Shown piece by piece: positions 30,124-38,700 of a stretch of 64,000 nucleotides of DNA. The position numbers and the translations under genes are program-made. The notes under the pieces are model-generated. The model saw only the letters and a program-made list of their open reading frames with translations. It was not told the origin of the DNA and did not search any database. Numbering within the stretch: position 1 is the stretch's first letter; every line of letters starts with the position of its first letter. The stretch is from Planctomycetota bacterium (GTDB lineage: Bacteria; Planctomycetota; B15-G4): contig JAJDEO010000069.1 of assembly GCA_029259745.1 (NCBI GenBank), positions 129,983 to 193,982 on the forward strand. Reading direction: 5' to 3'.

Positions 30124-30957
30124 ATGCTCCGCTTCCTCGTCGCCCTGACTCTCACCCTCGCGATCACGCCCTCCCTCGACGCACAGAACATGCCGCCGGG
30201 CATGCACCGCTACATCTTCGGCCTCATCCGTCGCGGCCCAGCCGTGACGGAGATCACACCCGCCGAGGCGATGGACCTGCAGCGTCAGCATCTCGCGAAC
30301 ATCGAGCGGCTCGCGCGGCTGGGCAAGATCGTCGCGGCCGGGCCGTTCGAGGGTGGTGACGACTGGCGCGGGATCTTCATCTACAACGTCTCGACGAAGG
30401 CCGAGGCCCAGGCGCTCGTCGACAGCGACCCGCTCGTGAAGGCCGGACGACTCGTCGTCGACCTTGTCCCTTGGTGGGCGAGCGACGGACTGCTCGACGC
30501 CGCCGATGCGTGGATCGCGGAGAACCCAGCCGAGCCTGACGCGACGACGCCCGCGCCGACGCTGTCCGTCGAAGAGATCGCGCACACGTACCTCGATCAC
30601 TACATGGCCGGGCGCCTCGACGCGCTCGGCGAGCACCTCGCGTGGCACGCGCATTTCGAAGACCCGACGCTCGATGTCACCGGCCGCGAGGAAATCCTCG
30701 AGGCACTGCGCGGCGTCTTCGCGACGCTCACCATCGAATCCTTCGAACGCGAGCAGGTGCTCGTGTCGGCCAAGCTCGTCCTGTTCACGGGGCAGGTGCG
30801 GTTCACCCAGGCAACGGCCGACCCGAATCGATCGCTCGTCTTTGACTTGCCGATGAGCGTCGGTCTGACGATCGAGCACGGTAAAGTCGTCTCGCACGTC
30901 GACTACCTCGACGACGACGCCTACACCGCACAGCTCACGGAGCAGATGTCTCGATGA
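30124..30957 (+). CDS. secreted protein with YciI-like domain plus SnoaL/NTF2-like domain
   Basis: Signal peptide MLRFLVALTLTLAITPSLDA. YciI-like core (IERLARLGKIVAAGPF...DPLVKAGRLVVDLVPW). C-terminal NTF2-like fold. Confidence 0.6.
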   Translation: MLRFLVALTLTLAITPSLDAQNMPPGMHRYIFGLIRRGPAVTEITPAEAMDLQRQHLANIERLARLGKIVAAGPFEGGDDWRGIFIYNVSTKAEAQALVDSDPLVKAGRLVVDLVPWWASDGLLDAADAWIAENPAEPDATTPAPTLSVEEIAHTYLDHYMAGRLDALGEHLAWHAHFEDPTLDVTGREEILEALRGVFATLTIESFEREQVLVSAKLVLFTGQVRFTQATADPNRSLVFDLPMSVGLTIEHGKVVSHVDYLDDDAYTAQLTEQMSR

Positions 30958-31973
30958 ACCTCTTCCTCACCTTGGCTTCCGTGATGCTCATCACTGCGAG
31001 TCTCAGCGCTCAGACCGATCGCATCGAACTCCCCGGCGGAAATGGCGCGGCGGCGGGACTGCACGTGGTGTTCGTGTCGGGCGACGAGGAGTACCGCTCC
31101 GAGGAGGCGTTGCCGCAGCTCGCGCGGATCCTGTCGAGACACCACGGCGCGCGCAGCACGGTGCTCTTCGCGCTCGACGACGACGGCACGATCAATCCCG
31201 ACCGGCGCGACAACATCCCCGGCCTGGAAGCCCTCGAATCGGCCGACCTGATGGTGCTCTTCACGCGCTTCCGCGACCTGCCCGACGCGCAGATGAAGCA
31301 CATCGTCGACTACGTGGAATCCGGGCGGCCGATCATCGCGATCCGCACGTCCACGCACGCGTTCGCCTTCTCGAACGAGAACCCGACGTCGTATCGGCAC
31401 TGGACGTGGAACGCCGGGCAGCCCTGGTCGGGCGGCTTCGGCCGGCAGGTGCTCGGAGAAACCTGGGTGGCGCACCACGGGCATCACGGCAGCGAGGCGA
31501 CGCGCGGCGTCGTGCCGGTGGCGGCGCGGCGACATCCGATCGTGCGTGGCGTCGAAGACGTCTGGGGCCCGACGGACGTCTACGCGATCCGCGACCTCCC
31601 GCTCGACGCCACGGTGATCCTCGAAGGCTCGATCGTCGACGGCATGACGACGGACGCCGAACACGTCAACGACGCGCGCAACGCGCCCCGCATGCCCGTC
31701 GTCTGGACACGCGAGCGCGCGGTGCCGGGAATCACGGCGCCCCAGCGCGTCGTCACCTCGACGATCGGCGCCGCCACCGACTACGAGAACGAAGACCTAC
31801 GCCGCATCTTCGTCAACGCGTGCCTGTGGGCCACGAGCCGCGAGGCCAAGATCCCCGAACGCGCCAACGTCGACCTCGTCGGCACCTACGAACCCACGCA
31901 GTTCGGCTTCGGAGGCTTCGTGAAGGGCAAGCGCCCCGCGGACTACGCGCCAGCGACCAGCGGCGATCGCTGA
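30954..31973 (+). CDS. secreted ThuA-like (type-1 glutamine amidotransferase-like) protein
   Basis: ATGA start/stop overlap with the previous gene. Signal peptide MNLFLTLASVMLITASLSA. ThuA-domain pattern (LHVVFVSGDEEYRSEE...ADLMVLFTRF). Confidence 0.65.
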   Translation: MNLFLTLASVMLITASLSAQTDRIELPGGNGAAAGLHVVFVSGDEEYRSEEALPQLARILSRHHGARSTVLFALDDDGTINPDRRDNIPGLEALESADLMVLFTRFRDLPDAQMKHIVDYVESGRPIIAIRTSTHAFAFSNENPTSYRHWTWNAGQPWSGGFGRQVLGETWVAHHGHHGSEATRGVVPVAARRHPIVRGVEDVWGPTDVYAIRDLPLDATVILEGSIVDGMTTDAEHVNDARNAPRMPVVWTRERAVPGITAPQRVVTSTIGAATDYENEDLRRIFVNACLWATSREAKIPERANVDLVGTYEPTQFGFGGFVKGKRPADYAPATSGDR

Positions 31974-32075
31974 CGGCAGAGGGCAGACCCAACGTCGCCT
32001 CGGCGTTGCATGTGGCGGGCTCGGGGGCAAAACGTCGTGTCAGTTATGAACTGACCCCTCGGAGACGCTCGCATC

Positions 32076-32708
32076 ATGTGGCTCGTCCTGCTCGAAACCG
32101 GCTTTGCCATCACGCTTGTCGTGGCGGGCACCGTCCTGACCGACGTGATCCAGCCCGATGATGGTCACTGGACGTTCCGCGGGATCCTGAAGAGCGCACG
32201 TCGACGCTGGCGACGTGTCCTCATCGTCATCTCTCTGTTCCTGGCTGCCGCATGGTTCGACAGCACTCTCGCGAGTGAAGAGGCTGCGCGGGAAGAGGCT
32301 CGTGAGCGATCGCTCCTCAAGACCTTTGCAGCGCTCGCACCACCGAACGAGCCATTCGCAGCAGTATCACTCCCGGCGCTCGAAGGCGAGTGGAACGTCG
32401 ACGTCATGACCGATGGCGTCCTGGAGCAAACGGCCGACTGCAAGATCCGTCACGTGGCGGGGAGTCGCATCTTCACCCTCGAAGGCCTCGACTTTCCGTG
32501 GACGGGCACCGGCGAACTGCGTCCCGAAGGTGAGGGTGTGTCCATCCGCCTGAACTTCGATGATGGGTATGACCAGGGGACAGCGGCCACGTCCGCGCCG
32601 GTGGACAGCGGTGCCCTGTCCGTCTTCACGCTCGACTATGTCGACGCGCCGAACAGCCAAGACGTCACCCGCGGCTACCTCATGTTCACCCGACGCAACG
32701 GTGCCTGA
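32076..32708 (+). CDS. hypothetical membrane protein
   Basis: Two predicted TM helices; moderate GC3; regional GC is lower than the surroundings. Confidence 0.45.
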   Translation: MWLVLLETGFAITLVVAGTVLTDVIQPDDGHWTFRGILKSARRRWRRVLIVISLFLAAAWFDSTLASEEAAREEARERSLLKTFAALAPPNEPFAAVSLPALEGEWNVDVMTDGVLEQTADCKIRHVAGSRIFTLEGLDFPWTGTGELRPEGEGVSIRLNFDDGYDQGTAATSAPVDSGALSVFTLDYVDAPNSQDVTRGYLMFTRRNGA

Positions 32709-32730
32709 TGAGCGCCGGCTCGACGAGCGC

Positions 32731-32855
32731 GACGTTCTCGACCGTGCTCGCGTAGGGATTGATCTGGACCGAAGCCGTTGCGTCGTCTTCGGCGAGGACG
32801 CGGCCCGACACGACAGTGCCGTCAGTCAGAACGAAGATGTCGCTCGCGAAGCGTC
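32731..32855. repeat. diverged duplicate (~88% identity over ~125 nt) of the 3' coding end of the giant gene at 35899..36020
   Basis: Read by eye: cgtgctcgcgtagggattgatctg...gcgtcgtcttcggcg.ggacgcggcccgacacgac...acgaagat.tcgctcgcg occurs at both sites. On the minus strand, copy A encodes ...SDIFVLTDGTVVSGRVLAEDDATASVQINPYASTVENV, matching the giant protein's ...SEIFVLKDGSVVSGRVRAEDDATASVQINPYASTIEEV. Confidence 0.6.
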
Positions 32856-33019
32856 GTTGGTTCGACTTCGTAACGGACGAGTCAACCTTCGCACGCGCCG
32901 CTGAGCCGCGGGCATTCCTACGTCAATCGTTGTCGCGAACTTGAGGTGTGTCCGCTTCCCCTGATGAGTGGGCACCACAACGGCGCTCGCCACACACCCC
33001 CACAAGTTAGGGATACATC

Positions 33020-33580
33020 ATGCGCATCTTGACTCTGAGCCTGCTCTTGCTAATGGGCAGCGTCCCGCCGCTATCCGTTGCCGCACAAGACACCAGCGAA
33101 CAAACGTCCGCCGGGCGCGCTGCAATCGGATACGTACACCTGAACCCTCGCCGCACGACGTTTGAGGAGGATGTCCTCGGCGTCGACCACGTTGTCTATG
33201 GCGTCGTGAAGGCCGTGCATGACACCCGCCGTAACGACTTCCCATTCAAGCAGTACGACGTGCATGTCTTGCGTGACGATGAGGGTGACGGAGACCACGT
33301 CATCAGTGTCATTGTGCCGGGGTCGCGTGACGCGACACCACCGATCGTCGTCGTTGGTGCCCCGACCTTCGGAGTTGGCGACGAACTCGTCCTGCTGCTG
33401 GATGACCTCGACGAGAGTCAGCATCACATCGTGCGTTCGGCCTCGAGCGGCGCCTACCGCGCCACGGGTCCCGAACGCGCGGTTCTCGGTCGCGGTGCCG
33501 GTGCCAATGAACCCGCCTGGTCATTCTTCCTGCGCCTGACCGCGATGCGCACCCAGGCGGCCACGCAGCTCCCCCGCTGA
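33020..33580 (+). CDS. secreted hypothetical protein
   Basis: Signal peptide MRILTLSLLLLMGSVPPLSVAA. ~60% GC, lower than the window average. Confidence 0.55.
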   Translation: MRILTLSLLLLMGSVPPLSVAAQDTSEQTSAGRAAIGYVHLNPRRTTFEEDVLGVDHVVYGVVKAVHDTRRNDFPFKQYDVHVLRDDEGDGDHVISVIVPGSRDATPPIVVVGAPTFGVGDELVLLLDDLDESQHHIVRSASSGAYRATGPERAVLGRGAGANEPAWSFFLRLTAMRTQAATQLPR

Positions 33581-33608
33581 GCAGCCCAAGACAAGCCAAC
33601 CCTTCGAC

Positions 33609-35516
33609 ATGAGAACCATCATGAACACCCGAACCCCGTTCTTCGCCCTCGCCGCCGGAATCGCCCTGGGAGCGCAAGCTCTTGCGGGTGGGCCCGAGAT
33701 GCAATGTGATGGCACACCCGTGATCTGGGGCATCGCTCCCGGAACTACGATCCAGTGGAGCATCGCGCGCACGATGGTGAGCGCGACCGAGTGCACCGTC
33801 GTGCCAGGTTTCGCCTGCACGCCGTGCAGTACGGGCGCCGGCGCGCGCCCAGGAACCTGGAGCATGGTGCGGGCGGCCCGCCAATGGACGCGTGCTACGC
33901 ATCCGTGGCTGCCAGCAACAGCCGGCGCGAGCAACGTGTCATTCATGCAACTCGACGACCCGTTCACGAGTTACGTCTCGACGTCTCCGGGAAGCAACCT
34001 GGTCGTCAACGATGGTACGAACGTCGTGACGTGCTTCCAGAGTGACAGCTACTGGGACGGCCTCGGCGATCCCTTCGGCATCACGGTCACCTGGCTGGAT
34101 GCGAGCAATCAGATCATCGAAGCCGACATGGCGCTCAATGCGATCGACGATGACGACAGCGTCGTGCTGCTCGAAGAGAACAACTACACGGGCCTCACGT
34201 ACGTCAACCAGAACCCCCCGACGGGCCGATTGGTCGATCTGCGAGGACTCGTCACGCACGAACTCGGACACTTCCTCGGGCTCTCGCACTCGCTCGTCGA
34301 ATCCCAGCGCAACGCACTTGGATCCGACCAGCCCACGATGTTCCCGATCGCTGACGGCGCGCCGTTCACCGGCACTGTGACCGCACCCACGGGTAGTGGC
34401 TGTTCGACCACGACACTCAGTCTTTCCGACCGGGTGCTCTTTGCGCGCGCGTCAACGTCGGTCGAACTCGACGACATCATCGCCCTCGCGACTGCCTATC
34501 CGAAGCCGGTCTTCTCGGCGGCCCTCGGATCCATCGAAGGCACCGTATTGGACCAAGATGACAGCGGCATCGAGTCGCGCCTTCAGGCGGCACATGTCGT
34601 GGCCATCGCCGTGAACGACCCGACGACACGTGTCGGAACGTACATCACTCCGAACGATGGCACGTACACGATCCGCGGCCTCCGCGCGGGCGACTACCAC
34701 GTGATGATCGAACCGATCGAGACGGGCGCCACGCCCTATGCCGGCATCATCTCGTCCATCCCGAGCGACACCTTCGTCTACGCGCCGACGTTCCTCGATG
34801 GAGACCTTCCCACGATCTACCAAGGCCAGTCGAGCTGCCCGGACGCGAACGACCCGCCACCTGCGTTCGCCGTCTTCAACGCCGAGATGCACAGCACGGC
34901 CGACACCGGCCCGAGCGAGTGTGAAGCAGATCAGATGTATTCATCCGCCATCTCTGTGAGCAACAACAGCACGACGAACTGCCGTTTCCTGGTTGCGCGA
35001 GGCTCGACGCCAGGACTGCCGGGGACCGGCACGGCCTGCCAGACCTTCCCACTCCTCCGGACGGAGAACCCCTCTGGTCTTTGGGTCGGACTTGCTAACG
35101 AAGTCAACGGCACAACACTTCCGGGAGCCACGTTGTCTCCTCACGGCATCGGATACGGAGATCTCGCGCAAGACTTCACGACGACGTTCCTCGTCGCGGC
35201 CGGCGGCACCACGAGCAGCGGTAACGACCTCGCTCCGTACTCCGGGCCGGTGACGCTGCGCTTGTCGACAGAACTCGACCTGAACGTGCGTGCCGACGGG
35301 CGTGTCGAACTCATCGACAATGGCTTGGCCTTCACGACCACGGGGACGATCCCGTCGACGAATCCGCGGATCGCCCGCTTCGACTTCCTCTCGAGTGAGT
35401 TCCCGCCCACGCAACTCGGGGTGACGAACTTCGTCGACATCTTCGCGCAAGCCGAGTTCGGTGACATGCTGACGAACATCGTCGTCATTCGCATGAACAT
35501 CGAGAACCCGAACTGA
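33609..35516 (+). CDS. secreted metzincin-type zinc metalloprotease (HExxHxxGxxH; matrixin/M10-like) with large C-terminal domains
   Basis: Signal peptide (MNTRTPFFALAAGIALGAQALA). VTHELGHFLGLSHS zinc-binding motif. ~60% GC. Confidence 0.8.
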   Translation: MRTIMNTRTPFFALAAGIALGAQALAGGPEMQCDGTPVIWGIAPGTTIQWSIARTMVSATECTVVPGFACTPCSTGAGARPGTWSMVRAARQWTRATHPWLPATAGASNVSFMQLDDPFTSYVSTSPGSNLVVNDGTNVVTCFQSDSYWDGLGDPFGITVTWLDASNQIIEADMALNAIDDDDSVVLLEENNYTGLTYVNQNPPTGRLVDLRGLVTHELGHFLGLSHSLVESQRNALGSDQPTMFPIADGAPFTGTVTAPTGSGCSTTTLSLSDRVLFARASTSVELDDIIALATAYPKPVFSAALGSIEGTVLDQDDSGIESRLQAAHVVAIAVNDPTTRVGTYITPNDGTYTIRGLRAGDYHVMIEPIETGATPYAGIISSIPSDTFVYAPTFLDGDLPTIYQGQSSCPDANDPPPAFAVFNAEMHSTADTGPSECEADQMYSSAISVSNNSTTNCRFLVARGSTPGLPGTGTACQTFPLLRTENPSGLWVGLANEVNGTTLPGATLSPHGIGYGDLAQDFTTTFLVAAGGTTSSGNDLAPYSGPVTLRLSTELDLNVRADGRVELIDNGLAFTTTGTIPSTNPRIARFDFLSSEFPPTQLGVTNFVDIFAQAEFGDMLTNIVVIRMNIENPN

Positions 35517-35532
35517 GGCGACGCTAGCACTC

Positions 35533-35569
35533 GCGCCCCCGTCACACATCACGTGTGTGACGGGGGCGC
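35533..35569. terminator. perfect 16-bp GC-rich hairpin (5-nt loop) between convergent genes; candidate bidirectional terminator
   Basis: gcgcccccgtcacaca-tcacg-tgtgtgacgggggcgc. 17 nt after the metzincin stop and ~200 nt beyond the giant-gene stop on the other strand. No T-run. Confidence 0.45.
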
Positions 35570-35772
35570 CCACGCATCCACGCACACTTCCGGGAGTCGT
35601 CGGCATCGTCGCGGTGTCGCCTTGGGTCGGCTCGCCTCGTCGAAGGCGAACCGGAGCGTTGGTCGTTGCTGCGCCGAGCTGCATGAGCAGGTCACGAGTG
35701 ACCTGGCATGGGAAGACCACCGTGCCGCTTGCCCACGTCTCGAGTTCATTCGCACGCCTCACTCTCGCGCAC

Positions 35773-38700
35773 TCACTTCCTCTGCGCGGCGAGGTAGGCC
35801 AGCAGGTCGGCGATCTCTTCGCGGGTGAACGTCGAGAGCAGGCCTTCGGGCATCGCCGAGACCTGCGACGTCCAGCGGTCGTCGACGTCGGCCACGGCGA
35901 CCTCTTCGATCGTGCTCGCGTAGGGATTGATCTGCACGGAGGCCGTGGCGTCGTCTTCGGCGCGGACGCGGCCCGACACGACGCTGCCGTCCTTCAGGAC
36001 GAAGATCTCGCTCGCGTAGCCCGCGGCGATCTCGGCGCTCGGGTCGAGGAGCTGCGCGAGGAGGTCTTCGTTGCTCGTCCAGCGCGCGACGCCGGCTTCG
36101 ATCGCCGGGCCCGTCTCGCCGCCCGCGCCGTCGACCGCGTGACAGAGGGTGCACGAGGCATCGACGAAGACATCGCGGCCGCGCTCGACCGAACTGCTCG
36201 GCACGTCGTCGAGGATCGGACGCAACTCGTCGAGCGTCCACTCGGCGACGAAGACACGCTCGCAGTTCTCGGCCATGACGGAGGCCTCGGCCGCGGCGAC
36301 CGCATCGACGACATCGAGAGCCGCATCGCCGGGTGCGACGACACGCAACGTGCCGTTCATGCGCGTCCAGTGGCCGGGGACCGTGCAGACGAAGGGATAG
36401 TTGCCCGGCGCGCTCGGCGCATCGAAGCTGAGAGTCTGCGATTGGCCTGACGACAGCAGTCCCGTCGCGACGATCACGTCGGGGACGTCGGGGACGAAGG
36501 CCCGCTCCCAGGCGTCGGGCTCGGCCGCCATGGCTTCGGCCGCGCGCCCCACGCGCGCAAGTGCACCCGGGGCCGTGACGACGAGGTTGTGCGGCATGAT
36601 GTCCGTGTTGTCGAAGACGAGTTCGATCGGACGACCCGCGGCGACGACGAGTTCGGTGCGGTCGAAGAGCAGCGCGTCGTGCACGGGACGCACGAGGAAC
36701 ACCTGCGGTCCGAGCGTGCGACGAAGGCGCCTGAATCCGTCGACGACGCCCGATGACATGCGCGGGATCCACTCGTCGGCGAAGGCCAGCACGCTGCGGC
36801 CCGTCGGCGTCATCCAGTAGCTCTCGGGCTTCGCGACGGCGAGCGTCTCGAAGAGCCCGCGCTCGAGCTCCTCGCGGTTGGCGTCCGACCATCGCTCGGC
36901 GTCGATCCCGCGCAGAGCGGCTACGACATCGGCGCGCAGCTCGTCGTCGCGCAGGCGATCCACGAGTGTCGTGATCGTCACCGGGACGCGCACGTCGAGC
37001 GCCCCCAAGGCGCGGACGGCCGCACGACGCAGCGTGAGGCGCGGCGGCTCGAGCGTCCATGACATCGTGGGCCCGAGCTGCCCGTCGTGTTGGTACGCGG
37101 CGACAGCTCGACGCTGACCGTCGAGGACATCGATGACGACGTCGTCGAGGCGGCGACCGTATGGGCCGTCGGTGCGATTCCAGAGCGCGATGCGATCGAT
37201 GCGTTGCGTCGCGCCGAGGTCGAGCTCCCACCATGGGTTCGGCTGGTCCTCGAGCGTGTGCGTCTGCGCGCCGTCCAACCATGCGCCGCTCGTGATGCCG
37301 TCCAGTGCATTGCTCGGCACGCCGCCCCAGTTCGTCGACGACTGCGTCGCGCTTCCCGCCGGCGCGACGTTCGTGCCGGCCGCGAACACCTGCACCTCGG
37401 CCAGCGTCAGCGTGCGCTGATCGCCCGCGAGAGACACACGCACGTAGCGGCCGGCCACGGCGTTCGCGTCGCCGAGTTGCGTCGCGAGCGCGGGCGGCGG
37501 GCCGTCGAGCAACGCAGCGACGCGATCGTAGACCGTCGCTCGCGGGGACATCTTCGTCGTGTAGGCCAAGGCGTCGAGGAACTCGGTGAGGGCCCCGGCC
37601 GACGTGAGCCCCGTGCTCCAAGCCGACTCGATGTCATCACTGGCGTCGATCGCTGCCGCCGTGGCGAGGCGGCGCGTCGAGCGGCGCTGTCCCTCGCGCG
37701 CGAGGCGCGTCAGGGCAACCGCAGAAGCGCCCGCATCGACGTCACGCAGCGTCGCGAAGAGGTCGGACAGCAGGTGATCGGCGTGACTCGACGCCTCGTC
37801 CTCGCGATCCGCCGTGTCGATCGCAGCGAGCAACACCTCCACCACCGACTCGCCGCGCGCGTCGGCGAGGCGCTCTGCCGCGGCGCGATACGTCACGATG
37901 TCGAGGCCGTGGCGCGTGAGCCGCTCGGCGTCCGCGACCACGCTCGGCGCGACGCGCGCGAGTTCATCCGTCGTCAGCATCGACAGCAGGTGCGCCAGGC
38001 CCGTCGGATCGTCGGCGCAAAGCACCTCGCCGCTCGCGAGGGCCGAACGCCACGGGACGTCGAGGGTCACGAGTGTTTGGTGCAGCGCATCCTCGAGGAA
38101 GGCGTCCATCGGCTGGGACAGAACCGACACCGCGGCCTCGGCCGCCCCCGCCGTCGGCACGAAGCTCAGCCCCACCACGGCCTCGCAGCGCACGCGCGGA
38201 TCGACATCACGAGCAGCCTTCGCGAGCAGCTCCGGCGCGTCATCGATCAGGCGCCGCATGTGACGCACCGCGCGCACGGCCGCTGCGCGCGCTCGGGAGT
38301 CGCGCGCGTCGAGCAAGCGCAGCAACAGCGGACGATCGACAACCGTCTGACCCTGCTGAACCCAGAGCGCCTCGAGCAGGTGGTGCTCGTGCTCGGGGTC
38401 GTTCGCATCGAGCGACTCGACCCAACGACGGGCCGCAACCACGACGTCGACCGTCGCGCGTCCACTGAGCTCGATGCGCGTGCGGTAGCGCACGCGATCT
38501 TCCGGCGTCCTCAGGTTCTCGAACAGCACGTCGAGCGGTTGGTCGGCAATCGGCACGGGGTCGAGCAGCGGACGTCCATCGGCCACCACGCGGTAGATAC
38601 GGCCGTGCAGACGATCGCGGCTCGGGTCGCGCAAGTGATGTTGCATGTGCCCGATGATCGCGTTGTGCCAGTCGGCGACGTAGAGCGCGCCGTCGGGACC

